A DNA stretch of 51,981 bases from a virus (IMGVR_UViG_3300029216_000006:1-51981); one strand, 5' to 3'; positions 24,623-35,851 are shown, counted from the first letter of the stretch. The notes: generated from the letters alone by a model not told the origin. Translations and numbers: made by a program.

Positions 24623-27600
24623 CCAAATCCGAATCCTGCCAAATCTTCTCTTGCCCATTTGGGAACATCCTTTGGATCACCCCCTTTGTTGAGGTAGTCG
24701 GCGTATGTGGCAAGCAGTTCTTCCTTGAATCTTACCACACTTTTGTCATCGCCTCTCTTTTCAGCCTTGCGGATTGTCTTTCTAAGGTTTCCTTCGCGCT
24801 CTTTCAACTCGAAGAAGAACGAGGTCAGGCGGTTATCCTCGCTGAGCCCTTGGCTGAATCGACCGCCAATCAAGCCTCTCGCGGCCAGTGCGCCGGAGCC
24901 TTGTGCTGCCGCCCGCTGTACGGGTCCGATTCGTTCTTGACCAACTCCAAACTCCTTGAGAAGCCTAACTTGGCCAAATGCGTATTCTTTGAGTGAAAGG
25001 TCTGCCCCCTCGCTCTTACTCCCAATCGTACGGTTTGTGAACGCCTCGCGTCCAAACCCGAGTTCGGCTGGGGCCTTGACAACCGGGCTTGTCTGTCCAA
25101 ATAGCCAGTTGATCGAGTCCATGAAGTCCCGCCCGTTGAAGTCTGAGATGCCGACCAACCCCGCCACTCCCGACGCAACCTGCAACGCCCCCTCCTGTGG
25201 CAACAGCGTACCTACGCCGAGCGATGAGATGGATTCCGGGTTCGTGCCGACCTGAACAGCCAACTGGCTCTGGAGCCAACGAGGGCGTTCGTGTCGGGGC
25301 AGGCGATCCTCGCCGGCAAACAGTTCTTCCATAGCGTTTATCAGCTTGGGCGTGGACGCTATCTGTTTTGGGTCCCTCAATGATCGCATGAGGAAGTTTG
25401 GCAGCGATGCACGCATCCATGAGTAGAACGGGATGAGTGGGCGGATCACATTGGTCTCGAACTGTGACATATCGCCAAAGTTGAGCATGGCCCGCTGAGA
25501 TGCCTGTGCCGCCGATACTGCATCCATGCCGTCGTCGAGTTTCATCAGGTATTGGGTCAGCCGGAAAGTATTGTCCACTGAGCCGTTGGCCGCGAACCAC
25601 GCCCGCATTGCCTTGTTGAGTATGTTGGTCTTGGCAGCACCCGCAATGGCGCGTGTGGTTTCGATGCCTTCAACCAGCGGCCCAGCAGCGACGGTTCCCC
25701 GCCTGTTTTCCAGATTAGCCTTGTTGCGAGCGGTTCGATCCTTGAATGGGCCAAGAAATCCCTTTGACGCGCCAGCGGAGGTATCGAGCGGTGCTCGGAG
25801 ATTGGTTGTTTGGTGGAGTGCTTGCTGAGCGTCGCCAGCCTGGGCCGCGTTGTCGAGCCCGGTGAGGTTCGCTTGCACAAGCAGATCGCCGACCCGCTGA
25901 TCTCGTCCAGTGATCGGGATCAAATCGTCTGGACCGAGCCCAATCTTCTGCGTGGTCTTGAACACTTTACCACCAACGGGACCGGCCCCGTTGAAGTTCT
26001 TGTGCATCTCGATCCTCAAAGCGTTCTTGAAGTGCCGCATGTATTGGACCGCCCTCGCGGGATTGGTCAGTAGTTCGGGGTCATCCATCACCGCAAGCAG
26101 GGCGTTGCCCATACCGTTCGCCACCATCCACGACGGGTGCAAGAGCGTGCTGGTTCGGAACAAACTCGTAATCTTGGATGCGAGTTTCATCACACCCTTC
26201 AACCCCTCTGGATTGAGTGTTTGATTCATGCGTTCGAGTTGGGTTGCCAACGCTTCGGGCAGAAGGCTCTCATACTTCGCGTCGTCCATCATTTGTGCGG
26301 GGAGGAACAGTGAGGTCGAGTCGATTGCGTTGGGGTCGATCTTGCGGTAGATCCGCCCATCGCCCGCCTTGAATCGGTTTGGGCTGATGAGTTCCATCGT
26401 TGAACCGTCTGCGAGCCTTGCTTTGTCGCCGATCTTGAGTGCATTTTCTGGATCAGGAACCTTGGCAACAACGAATGGGCTGATCGCATCATTGAACCCC
26501 GCTTTAGCCTCGGCGATTCTGTCTGAACGAACCGCTTGCTGAATCAATACCGCTGGATCTGTCTCATAGATCCGCATGGTGTCCACAAGATCGCCGCCCA
26601 CAAACGATTGCAGTAGGTTCAGATCGCCGTTGGATGCCATTTGGTTGAGTTCGCCCGGAGTGACCGGACGGCTGACATTGCGGAACAGGTCGTCGGTGTC
26701 GTCGCCGGTTCCGAGCGGGATGCCAAAGTTGTCGTGCGATTCCAGCACCGATTCATTGATCGCATCAATTTTGGCCGCAAGCGATGGGTTCTCGATCTGG
26801 ATCTTTGCGAAGGTGTCGGCATCCGCAGCGGTGGCCCTTGCGATATCCATATCGTTGAGCGAGAACGCATGGTCGATCCCATTGGCATCTGTAAACTCGA
26901 TCATGTTCGAGCCTCGCGCATCAGTGACATTGACGAGCGATCCGATGAGTTGTTCGGTGTCGGTGTTCTTGATGCTGCTCGCCCGATGGACGGCCCGCAC
27001 CTTATCGGCACCCTCTTTTTTCAGAGCCACACCGACATAGCCGGTTCCTGCGGTGGTGAGATCGCCCCGGCGTACTTTGTTGACCCCGATTTCCTCGAAC
27101 AGATCAAGGATTGCATTGGCCGATTGGTCGATATCTTCCCACAGTTCGGGGTTCTGTTGACGGAGCATTTTTCCTTCCTTGGCTCGCTTCATAATCCCGC
27201 CAAGGAAAGATCCGTCACCGATATTGTACACAAGCTGCTTCTGTCCCGCCCGCGTCTTTCCAAGAGCCTCAACTTGCAACGAGATCAACTCTCGAAGCGT
27301 GTCATAGTTCTCGCTTGGGATATTCCGTTTGGTTGCAATACTGTCGAGCCCAATATCCTTGAATCGCCCTTGCCCTCGCCGCCATTGTTCGGCCATTGCG
27401 CCACCAACATCCTCGGCACCTGTGACGGCCCGACGGTGTGCGGCCATGCGTGCAGCAACCACGCCGCCAACACCGCCAAAGTTGACAGCGGTTCGGAACC
27501 CGATCTCAGAGAGAATCTGATCTCCATCAACCACGCCAATAGTTCGCAGCATGTCACCGATCTTGGTGAACGGCATATCGCCCATCTCGCCCGCGTCCAG

Positions 27601-29529
27601 ACGGAGAATCTTCTTGGCAACATCGGTCATCAACCTCGCCTCTGAGCCCATGAAGTCGCGGGTTGCCTTGCCGGAATGGAACGCCACCTCTGCCGCGCCA
27701 CTGACCACCTCGCCGAATGCGTCTGCGGTTGCCTCGGCGTTGTCCAAATCGGATTCGGCAAGATCAAGGAACCGTCCGTACTTTTCGCCCGCCCGCTGCT
27801 GGTGAACCGCGATGATCTTGAGCATGGCATCGTCTTGTCGTGCCGCGTCAATCACTTCGTCAAACGCATCGTCGGGTGCGAGATCGAGTTTTCGTGCAAG
27901 TTGGAGCCGCAGACTTTCCCGCTTACTGTTGATATTGACAACATCTTCGCTCGATATTCTGTTTGCCGCCGTACTAAGGTCTGAAAACTTGCGGTGTGCC
28001 TCGGCGAGTCGGAGATTGGCAACCGCGTTGCGTGTGTACGCCGCCGATGCGATCATGTCGCCAAGGCTCTCGCCGCCTTCGAGTGATCCACTGCCATTCT
28101 TCGCAGCATCAAACGAATCAAGTATTCGGCCTTGAAACTCAACAATCGTATCGGCCTCATCGTCAATGGCGATCCCGCCAACCCGTTGTGCCTTGATTTC
28201 GTCAATCTCGGCGACCAGTTTAGTGATTTCATCGTCGATCAGTAGCCGTTCGATCTCGAATGTTTCTCTGGAAACTGGGTTTGCTTCGGCGAGTGCTTCT
28301 TCACTCTTGGCAATCGCTGAGTTTGTCAACTGCTCCATCCGCTGCGCAATCCGTGTCGCCCCGTCAGTGGCGTTTTTGGCCGCAACAATGACCGCACCGC
28401 CATTGAGGTTCCCGGTCCTGGCCTTGGCAAGTGCCCGTTGAACAACCTGAGCGTGCCCGAGATTGATCGCACCAACGCGGATCTGTGGCGTGGTCAGTGA
28501 GAGTTGGGTGAATGGGATATGAGCAAGCGTCGCCCCACCCGCACCCTTGGTCAGATCAATGCCGGGGAGCGTGGTGAACTTGTCTACAAAGTCTTTGCTC
28601 GCGTTGATCCGGTTGGCGACAAGCGGGCTATCAACAATCTCGTTTGTCTTGGAGAGTACTCGCCGTCCGGTTTCGTCGGTGACTTCGATCAGGTCGTCGG
28701 CGATCCCACTGCCCTTGGTCGAGATCCCGAGCCCAAACTTGTCGGCGATCTTACTGAGCCGCCCTGATTCACCAAAGATTTCCTTGGATGCGAACTCGGC
28801 CTGCTCTCTCGGATTGAGAACCTTTGGCGAGGTCGCAATGGATGCCTGGATGCGCCGTGCAACTTCGGGTGCAAGACCATCAAGGCTCTCGCCCTTGGCA
28901 ACTCTGGAAATACCCTTGCGCAGTTGCTTCTTGCCCGTCTTGGTGATGACAAAGGATGCCCCTTTGGTTGCTGCGATCTTCGCCCCGCCGAGCGGTGCGC
29001 CGATGAACGAAAGAGGGTCGGTCACAATGTCGATACCGAACCCGGCAATGGCGTTGACAAACCTGTTCTCGAATCCCATTGCACGCAATATATCGCCACC
29101 GAATATCTTGACACTTCCCGATTGGTCAAACTCGCCGCGTTCGATTGCGGCACGCTTGGCCTCTGGCAAGAAGATATCAGCGATCATGTTCTGCACCACA
29201 TTGCGTGGCATGTCGATGATATCCAGAACCTTCATAATGCCTGGTCTCGTATCACGCCGATTTATCTGGGCAAGCCGGGAACGGATCTGGTCACTGGATA
29301 GTTCGTTGGTTTCCCTGATGGAATACCGTGGCGCGACACGCTGATCGGAAACATCCTTTGGCGTGTTGGCTCGGTTGAGTTCGATCGCCGAATCTAGCCG
29401 GATTCGGTTGAGGTGTTTTCGTTGCTCTCTCTCGGTGTCCGTCTGTGCAAGAACCGTTGTCGCTGCTGGGCGGACAATGCGGGGTGCTTGGCTTAGCACG
29501 GTCGGGGCTTGGGAGATGAGGGAGGTCAT
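24616..29529 (-). CDS. Large internal virion / DNA-ejection-type protein (1637 aa)
   Basis: Size, position, Ala/Gly-rich helical composition, C-terminal IPFYSWMR motif. Confidence 0.6.
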   Translation of the reverse strand: MTSLISQAPTVLSQAPRIVRPAATTVLAQTDTEREQRKHLNRIRLDSAIELNRANTPKDVSDQRVAPRYSIRETNELSSDQIRSRLAQINRRDTRPGIMKVLDIIDMPRNVVQNMIADIFLPEAKRAAIERGEFDQSGSVKIFGGDILRAMGFENRFVNAIAGFGIDIVTDPLSFIGAPLGGAKIAATKGASFVITKTGKKQLRKGISRVAKGESLDGLAPEVARRIQASIATSPKVLNPREQAEFASKEIFGESGRLSKIADKFGLGISTKGSGIADDLIEVTDETGRRVLSKTNEIVDSPLVANRINASKDFVDKFTTLPGIDLTKGAGGATLAHIPFTQLSLTTPQIRVGAINLGHAQVVQRALAKARTGNLNGGAVIVAAKNATDGATRIAQRMEQLTNSAIAKSEEALAEANPVSRETFEIERLLIDDEITKLVAEIDEIKAQRVGGIAIDDEADTIVEFQGRILDSFDAAKNGSGSLEGGESLGDMIASAAYTRNAVANLRLAEAHRKFSDLSTAANRISSEDVVNINSKRESLRLQLARKLDLAPDDAFDEVIDAARQDDAMLKIIAVHQQRAGEKYGRFLDLAESDLDNAEATADAFGEVVSGAAEVAFHSGKATRDFMGSEARLMTDVAKKILRLDAGEMGDMPFTKIGDMLRTIGVVDGDQILSEIGFRTAVNFGGVGGVVAARMAAHRRAVTGAEDVGGAMAEQWRRGQGRFKDIGLDSIATKRNIPSENYDTLRELISLQVEALGKTRAGQKQLVYNIGDGSFLGGIMKRAKEGKMLRQQNPELWEDIDQSANAILDLFEEIGVNKVRRGDLTTAGTGYVGVALKKEGADKVRAVHRASSIKNTDTEQLIGSLVNVTDARGSNMIEFTDANGIDHAFSLNDMDIARATAADADTFAKIQIENPSLAAKIDAINESVLESHDNFGIPLGTGDDTDDLFRNVSRPVTPGELNQMASNGDLNLLQSFVGGDLVDTMRIYETDPAVLIQQAVRSDRIAEAKAGFNDAISPFVVAKVPDPENALKIGDKARLADGSTMELISPNRFKAGDGRIYRKIDPNAIDSTSLFLPAQMMDDAKYESLLPEALATQLERMNQTLNPEGLKGVMKLASKITSLFRTSTLLHPSWMVANGMGNALLAVMDDPELLTNPARAVQYMRHFKNALRIEMHKNFNGAGPVGGKVFKTTQKIGLGPDDLIPITGRDQRVGDLLVQANLTGLDNAAQAGDAQQALHQTTNLRAPLDTSAGASKGFLGPFKDRTARNKANLENRRGTVAAGPLVEGIETTRAIAGAAKTNILNKAMRAWFAANGSVDNTFRLTQYLMKLDDGMDAVSAAQASQRAMLNFGDMSQFETNVIRPLIPFYSWMRASLPNFLMRSLRDPKQIASTPKLINAMEELFAGEDRLPRHERPRWLQSQLAVQVGTNPESISSLGVGTLLPQEGALQVASGVAGLVGISDFNGRDFMDSINWLFGQTSPVVKAPAELGFGREAFTNRTIGSKSEGADLSLKEYAFGQVRLLKEFGVGQERIGPVQRAAAQGSGALAARGLIGGRFSQGLSEDNRLTSFFFELKEREGNLRKTIRKAEKRGDDKSVVRFKEELLATYADYLNKGGDPKDVPKWAREDLAGFGFGA

Positions 29530-30999
29530 TTATTCTTTCGCAATAACCCTTAGTCGTTCGATAAACTTTCTGTATTTGGCCGAAAATCGTGTTCTTTCAT
29601 TGCTCGGGTTTGCGCCCCCAGTAAACTCTAATACCCCAAGATTCTTGAATACATCTGCGATATCTTCCCGGCTGTCGGTTTTCTGTATTTCGATTTGGTC
29701 AAGGATATAGGAGGAATACCTTGACTTTTGTGATTGATTCATCCCTGCAAGCAGGCTCTCGATATTTATTCTTGATTCCTCAAAGTTTTTATTAGATAAG
29801 GGGGACACCCTACCCGTACGAGAAGTGACCAGTCCAGACACGGAATCAATGGCTTGGTTTGTTTGAGTAAACCCAACATCTGTTTTTGTGTCAAATCCAA
29901 GATCGTCAGCAAGCGACTCTGTTTCTTCTTGTATTTCAGAAAGAACCTTATTTTCTTTCGCCCGATCAACCTGCAACTGGCCTTCTTCTCCCGCTGCGCC
30001 ACGGCGTTCTGCTCGCCCTGCTTCTCCACCCGCTGCGTTGGCCTGTGCGATTCTCGCATCGTTCTCGGCCTTGAGCAAGTTCTGTTGTGCTGCGATATTC
30101 CCCGGCTGATTTTCAGCATCGGCGCGTGCTTGATTGAGGGCAATCTGTGCTCTTGTGTTTTTTTCTTCAACACCCGCCTGTCCCGCCTCGAATCTTGCAT
30201 CCCGAGTGGATTGTCCAAGGTCGGCGGCAAGGCTGGATTCAGTGAGGCGTGACTGTGCTTCGTTGAGCCGTGCTTGCTGTCCAGCGGACGCGACCGTTGC
30301 CCCTATCAAGAACCGTTGATCTTCAAGTTGCTTGTTGACCGCCGCCTGTCCTTGTCGTCCAAGGATTCTTTGCCGCACTGATTCATCTTCGTCGGTTGGT
30401 ATCCGTGGCGTTCGTTCTTGGAACGGGATTGGCTCGTTGAGTTGGGCCGTGACTTGCTGGAGTCGTTCGGCGATCTGACGCTTTTCCTCGGGGTCAACAG
30501 CATCCTTGAGTTGGATGACGAGTTGCTTGCCCTGAGCGTTGAGGATATCAAACTTCTGCCGGTTGAGGTTGCCGAGATTTTCCCGTTGCTGTTCGACGGG
30601 GAGATCGCCTGCGCCGGTTCGGAACAAGCGTGACTCGCGGGACACTTGGCGTTTGTCGATATCAGACTGGCCTTTTTCGGCACGGCTTTGTGCGCGGAGC
30701 CGGTTGGCACCCTCGATATCTCCAGATTGTTCGAGGCGAGAGATGAGCCGGGATCGGTCAAGCCGGGTGGCAAGATTGTCCTTGATCTTCTTCCGCTGGC
30801 GACGATTGGTTTCTGCGAGTTGGCCGCGATCAACCGTCCGTGGATTGGCTGTATCGGCGAGTTGATCCCGCTTCTTCTTGTCCGCCGCCTTGCGTTGCCG
30901 AGCGAGAATAGACCGCTGGCTGGCCGCTGTTCGGGGTTGACCACCGACAGGGATGGTTTGAGATGGATCTGAGGGATTCTCGAAGCGTTGCTTTGCCAT
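29530..30999 (-). CDS. Helical Q/R/A-rich putative internal virion protein
   Basis: Composition and position; AGGAG RBS. Confidence 0.55.
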   Translation of the reverse strand: MAKQRFENPSDPSQTIPVGGQPRTAASQRSILARQRKAADKKKRDQLADTANPRTVDRGQLAETNRRQRKKIKDNLATRLDRSRLISRLEQSGDIEGANRLRAQSRAEKGQSDIDKRQVSRESRLFRTGAGDLPVEQQRENLGNLNRQKFDILNAQGKQLVIQLKDAVDPEEKRQIAERLQQVTAQLNEPIPFQERTPRIPTDEDESVRQRILGRQGQAAVNKQLEDQRFLIGATVASAGQQARLNEAQSRLTESSLAADLGQSTRDARFEAGQAGVEEKNTRAQIALNQARADAENQPGNIAAQQNLLKAENDARIAQANAAGGEAGRAERRGAAGEEGQLQVDRAKENKVLSEIQEETESLADDLGFDTKTDVGFTQTNQAIDSVSGLVTSRTGRVSPLSNKNFEESRINIESLLAGMNQSQKSRYSSYILDQIEIQKTDSREDIADVFKNLGVLEFTGGANPSNERTRFSAKYRKFIERLRVIAKE

Positions 31000-31023
31000 A
31001 GTAGGCTCCTATTTCATTATGCT

Positions 31024-31052
31024 AGTATACACAAACTACCGTCGTTTGCCAA
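31024..31052 (-). promoter_or_regulatory. Sigma70-type promoter
   Basis: TTGGCA-17-TATACT upstream of 30999. Confidence 0.6.
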
Positions 31053-32781
31053 GCCTGATCTTGTTGAGTGCCGCTTGGCGACGCTGGCAGCCCTTGCATG
31101 GTTTGATTTTTCCAAGCGTTGCGGCCCTGATGATGCGTGCCGTTATATCGCCAAGGCCGGGTCCTGCGGTGGCGAACGGCCCTGTCGGTCCCGGCCCAGT
31201 GTCACCAAGGCCCTCGCACAAATTCTCAAAACCGTCGGGACCGTCGCCGCACGCACCCGCCTCTTGGGCATTAGTGGCGGGCAGCATCCCATCAGGGGCA
31301 ATGTCGGCGGTGCATTGCAGTTTGATCCCTCGCACGCAATCGGGGGCAAATGCAGTGGGCTGAGCGGTGACATGCCAGACAATGCCCTCGCCGGGGTTCA
31401 TGCCGGGCGTGAGTTCGTAGGCGTGTGTGAGTGTTCCGTCGCAGGCGTTGGCTATGTAGCGGGTAGCAACCTGACAGGGTTCAGTAGACCATGCGAGTTG
31501 GACAGGGGGATCGGTTGATGGATCGGTTGACGGCTCATAGAAAACGCCCTGATACTCGCCGGTGAGTGAGCCTGCGACGAAATCGCTTTCGTCATATGTG
31601 ATAGGGGTGCCGCCGCCACAGGGATAGGCGAGCCGGATTGGTGATTCCGGCTCACCGCATTCTTGATCGCTTGGGGTGACCGTGAATGGCTCAAGGCGAA
31701 CTTGTTGCCCAGTGACCCGGTAGATCGACCCCTGATACTCAACCGTTGCCGCATCCCCAATCTCGTTGATGGAGATGGGTATTTTGTCTTGGCTGTTCGT
31801 GCAGTTTACAGCATAGACGATCGGGACATCGTTACACGGTATGTCGTTTGGTGTTGCGCAAGAGTTACCGGGGCACGGATCTTGGTCTGTAAACTGTGCG
31901 CCATTGAGATTCGCATCGGCGTGTGTTTTTCTTGGAGATTGGGATTGGCCCGTGATTCTTCCAACTACACAAAGACCGCTTCCGGTGTTTACGAACTGGT
32001 CGTTGTTTGGATTATTGTCAGGCCCCGATTTTATGACGGTCGAACCACCATCGCACAAAGCGACATTCACATGATCGGTGAATGGTTCTCCGGGACACGC
32101 ATAGCGGGGGAGCGGTGTAGTTTTTCCCGGTATGAAGTAAAAACCGGAAGGGAAAACTGTGCTGTCGTCGTATTCGTTGAATAGCGGGAGCGAACTTGGA
32201 TCAGGATCATCGTACTGGAATCCAAACTCAACTCCGTCTGGTATGAAGAACTCATCAGTTGTGACAAAAACGCCAATGCTTCTCACGCCAAGGTAGTTGT
32301 CTGTCGAAGAGTTGAAAGAAGAACACGCGAGAGTAACGGTGATTATCAGGTCGTGATTGAGAATCGTGGTCACATCAAATATGCTGTTGTAGTGTGTTGT
32401 TTGGAAGTAGTTATTCTTTACGATTTCATAATCATGCGTGACCACAACTCGAAAATCGCCATTGTCTGGGTCCGCAAAAACGCCTCCACTACTGAGGTAC
32501 CGAAGGTTATGAACACCGTTTAGGCTCTTTGACACCGACTGTAAAAACCCAACCGGGCCGAATGTTGACGCGCCAATGTTCGGCTCAAATCTAGAGAGTA
32601 TCACACCCACACAGTTCGGCCTATGTGTGTGTGCGCAATCGTCAAGGTAGCACCCGACCGTTGGTATCTCATCACAACAACAATCCCCCACCATAACGGG
32701 TGCGATTGTTCCGTCGTCGAGACGGTTTGCTATCGCAACCCAAGTCCCGTCGTCGAGTTGTTTGGCAAGCGGTTCATTCAT
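31036..32781 (-). CDS. Cys-rich putative tail/receptor-binding protein
   Basis: GDCCC N-terminus, internal AxxCxGG..I repeats, C-terminal GLGD...PCKGCQRRQAALN. Confidence 0.55.
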   Translation of the reverse strand: MNEPLAKQLDDGTWVAIANRLDDGTIAPVMVGDCCCDEIPTVGCYLDDCAHTHRPNCVGVILSRFEPNIGASTFGPVGFLQSVSKSLNGVHNLRYLSSGGVFADPDNGDFRVVVTHDYEIVKNNYFQTTHYNSIFDVTTILNHDLIITVTLACSSFNSSTDNYLGVRSIGVFVTTDEFFIPDGVEFGFQYDDPDPSSLPLFNEYDDSTVFPSGFYFIPGKTTPLPRYACPGEPFTDHVNVALCDGGSTVIKSGPDNNPNNDQFVNTGSGLCVVGRITGQSQSPRKTHADANLNGAQFTDQDPCPGNSCATPNDIPCNDVPIVYAVNCTNSQDKIPISINEIGDAATVEYQGSIYRVTGQQVRLEPFTVTPSDQECGEPESPIRLAYPCGGGTPITYDESDFVAGSLTGEYQGVFYEPSTDPSTDPPVQLAWSTEPCQVATRYIANACDGTLTHAYELTPGMNPGEGIVWHVTAQPTAFAPDCVRGIKLQCTADIAPDGMLPATNAQEAGACGDGPDGFENLCEGLGDTGPGPTGPFATAGPGLGDITARIIRAATLGKIKPCKGCQRRQAALNKIRLGKRR

Positions 32782-33621
32782 TTAGATCGGTGCGGATGGG
32801 CTCAATGGAGACTCTGATACAGAGTATCCGCCGATCCCGTACACATTCTCCGTACCCGGCGTGACCGGCCCGCTCTTGGTGAACAGGTTGATCCGAGCGT
32901 TGAGCCAGCGATTGAGCAAGGTGAGTGTGAATGTTCGTGAACTCTGGCTCGCGTCGAACATCCCGTTTGGGCTCACAAGAAGATCCGCAATCGTTTCCGC
33001 CGAGAGGTATTTTATCATACCGCCGTCTTGGATGACCGTGCCAGTATTGAGCGTACACCCCTCTTTGGCGGTGAGGATTGATTGTGCGCCAATATCGTAC
33101 TTGGCATCCCGAGCCGATGAAACACGGGCGTTGCCGCGAATACTCACCGAGGTTATGTCGGTCGCGTTGTCAAGGATATTGACCGTGCCGCCGTCGATGA
33201 AGGCGTTTGTGACAACGGTTGCAGCCGCGATATTGGCCGAGGCCCGTTGAAGCACAAGGTTGGCGTGTGTGCCGCCGTTGATATTGGCGACCGTGCCCTG
33301 CCGTGGTGCCCACTTGGAGAACCCGGACACGCTGCCCGAGTGATTGATCGAGCCCGCCGCCCATTCGATATCGTCCGCCGGAACCGTAAGCACGCTGCCC
33401 GGAGCAACGATCCCGGCGTACCCGTTGGTGCCGACGATCTTGGCAAGGGTTCCCGATGGGCTGAGGTTGGTGTCAACATTGACATTGCCTCGATCAAAGA
33501 TGATCGTGTCCGTTGCGACGGGCGATGTGAGCGAAGCAACGCCGGTTGCGTCGTCGATCCAGTTGCTTGCGTTCGCGTAATCGCCGTCTACTGCGCCTGT
33601 CCAAATAAGTATTTCTGCCAT
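32782..33621 (-). CDS. Putative virion protein, beta-solenoid-like
   Basis: WTGAVDGDY..ASNW...P...D motif; beta-rich. Confidence 0.55.
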   Translation of the reverse strand: MAEILIWTGAVDGDYANASNWIDDATGVASLTSPVATDTIIFDRGNVNVDTNLSPSGTLAKIVGTNGYAGIVAPGSVLTVPADDIEWAAGSINHSGSVSGFSKWAPRQGTVANINGGTHANLVLQRASANIAAATVVTNAFIDGGTVNILDNATDITSVSIRGNARVSSARDAKYDIGAQSILTAKEGCTLNTGTVIQDGGMIKYLSAETIADLLVSPNGMFDASQSSRTFTLTLLNRWLNARINLFTKSGPVTPGTENVYGIGGYSVSESPLSPSAPI

Positions 33622-33633
33622 TGTATGCTTCCT

Positions 33634-34698
33634 TTATCTTGGTCGAATCCATGTTGATACACGACCGCCGTTGATTGCTCCGCCCGCGGATGCGGTTGTC
33701 CTAAATGTGATCCAGTCACCCCTGTTCCCTTGAACCGGGTTGTCAATAACCGTGAGGCTGTTCCTTTGGCCCGACGCAAGCGATACGGTCACGCCTGTTG
33801 CCGACGATGTTGTGTCAGTGCTTGATCCTGAGTAAACAGCGACCGTTGCCGTTCCTGCAGAGTTTGATCGAACCGACAAACTCATTGCCAAGATTTCATA
33901 GTCAAATGGTGGAGATATTCCGAACCCATCGGCTGTATCGCCATTGCCATAGGACCATTGAAATCCACCCGCCGTCGCAGTCGAAAGGTTTGATCCTTCC
34001 TCGGCGAAGATGCAGGCAACACCATCCCACTTGTCAACCGAACGCCTGCTCTTTGATCCATAGATCGCAATCCTGCCAGACCCCGCATTCGCATCGGATG
34101 TGGTCACAACAAACCGGACACTTGGTGTGTTTCCGTCGCTTTCCTCGTTGGATGTCTGGGCGGTCGAGGTCAGTTCTTTGGTCGTTGGGTACGGGTTTTC
34201 AACCCCGCCTATGAGCCGTCGAATCTCAACAACCGCCGAGCCCCACGACGCGGTGTTGGCCGCAGACATCCATGACCCAACAGTGCTGATATCGAGATCG
34301 AAGTGGTCGCCCGCATTCGTGAGGTCGATGGAGAATGCAACAGATTGATCGACGGCGATTGGTATTGGTTCGCCGGAAAGAGTCTTGGCCTCATTCTCGT
34401 TCGCGGAAAATATATTTGCTCGGGCAGATCCAGTCCCTTCGGTTGAAACCGTGATTCGTAAGATACGAACATTGTCGTCGCCTCGCCCATAGGCGTGCGG
34501 GGTTGCGGAAGAAAGAATCTTCGACGGGCTGTAGGGAAGTTCGATGCCGTCCAAGACGCGGGTGATGGTGAGTTCGCCCGCGCCCCACCCCGCACTGTCC
34601 ACCGCCGACACCGACCAGACCTGCATCCCTGTGATATCAATATCCCAGAAGGAACCAACTTCGGTGAGGTCGAGCATGATGGTTTGGGTTGGGTTCAT
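33634..34698 (-). CDS. Putative virion protein with an internal domain duplication
   Basis: LDLT..G..DIDI...W....WG....I.R...G.E.PY occurs twice. Confidence 0.6.
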   Translation of the reverse strand: MNPTQTIMLDLTEVGSFWDIDITGMQVWSVSAVDSAGWGAGELTITRVLDGIELPYSPSKILSSATPHAYGRGDDNVRILRITVSTEGTGSARANIFSANENEAKTLSGEPIPIAVDQSVAFSIDLTNAGDHFDLDISTVGSWMSAANTASWGSAVVEIRRLIGGVENPYPTTKELTSTAQTSNEESDGNTPSVRFVVTTSDANAGSGRIAIYGSKSRRSVDKWDGVACIFAEEGSNLSTATAGGFQWSYGNGDTADGFGISPPFDYEILAMSLSVRSNSAGTATVAVYSGSSTDTTSSATGVTVSLASGQRNSLTVIDNPVQGNRGDWITFRTTASAGGAINGGRVSTWIRPR

Positions 34699-35051
34699 AG
34701 TGGAAGAATCGGGTTCATGTCGCAGTCGTAATAGTCAATATCCTCATGGACGAACAATCTTCGCACGATTGTACCAGAAAGATCGTCGCTGATGACCAAT
34801 GTGCAGGGGTCTCCGGGTGCGGCACTGATGATGCGGATATTGGAGTAGTTCCTTCGCCCGGGCGGCTCGTCGCTGATCGCGTTCTGCTCATTTTCGGCGA
34901 ACAGAATCACATCGTATGTGATCTTACTGGCAATATCGCGGACAGTCTCGCCAATGATGCTGGTCTGGATCGCACCATCGAGCCGAATCGACAACACCCG
35001 GCCACGGATCTCTCGCTCGGACAACGGGATATCTTGGCTTAGGTATCCCAT
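34695..35051 (-). CDS. Putative tail protein
   Basis: Position; coupled overlaps. Confidence 0.5.
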   Translation of the reverse strand: MGYLSQDIPLSEREIRGRVLSIRLDGAIQTSIIGETVRDIASKITYDVILFAENEQNAISDEPPGRRNYSNIRIISAAPGDPCTLVISDDLSGTIVRRLFVHEDIDYYDCDMNPILPL

Positions 35052-35851
35052 GTGAGCGGTGTTCCAACATCGTAAAGGTCAATAGGCTTGGCAACGGTGG
35101 TGGTGTGCGTGGTTTGGTCGAGCCGGTATTGCTCAAGCACCCCGAGTGGCTCAACCGCCTGTGATCCGAGTTCTAAGTCGTCAGCGGCAAATCCTTTCCG
35201 TACACCGCTGCTCATGTACTTTGTCCATGTCCAATACTGCCCTCCACGAAGGTCGCGGATATCAACGCCGGTATGCAGGAACGGGAGCCCTTGAACCGTG
35301 TACAGTTTGAGTTTGTTTTGGATGGAGATTTGACGGGTAAGTATGGGGTTGAAAGAGGTTGGTTGGAGTTCTCCATGCCATATCTCGTAGGTGCCAACAA
35401 AATGCCCTTTCTGCTCTTTGGCCTCAAACAGACTGAACACTGGGCCAGCAAGACCGGGCGGGAGTGTGACCGACCTGTCAACAAAATACGGGAGCGTTAT
35501 CGTGATTCCGAAATCTATCGTCCTTGTGCGCCTTGAATCGTCGTTGACAATGAACCCGCTTGGCGAGCCATATTGGAGCGTGATCGTTGCACGGCTGCGA
35601 GAGTTTGGATTCCTTTTTACTCTCCACCGTTTGACCGGGAGCCCGTATTGCAGCGAAGAAAGCAGTGGAACCGGGTCAACGGTTGCTGCGGATTGTGCCA
35701 AGGCGAGTATTTGCGGGTGACTAAGCGGGGTTCCTGGTGTCACCGGCAGGTTGGTTATGGTGTAGGAGTCAACTACATACTTGATAAGACCGTTGGATGT
35801 TCCCTCGGTGATCCCACCCTTTGTTTTCTTTGAGATAACATCGCCGGCCAT
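35039..35851 (-). CDS. Putative tail protein
   Basis: Position; beta-rich. Confidence 0.5.
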   Translation of the reverse strand: MAGDVISKKTKGGITEGTSNGLIKYVVDSYTITNLPVTPGTPLSHPQILALAQSAATVDPVPLLSSLQYGLPVKRWRVKRNPNSRSRATITLQYGSPSGFIVNDDSRRTRTIDFGITITLPYFVDRSVTLPPGLAGPVFSLFEAKEQKGHFVGTYEIWHGELQPTSFNPILTRQISIQNKLKLYTVQGLPFLHTGVDIRDLRGGQYWTWTKYMSSGVRKGFAADDLELGSQAVEPLGVLEQYRLDQTTHTTTVAKPIDLYDVGTPLTWDT

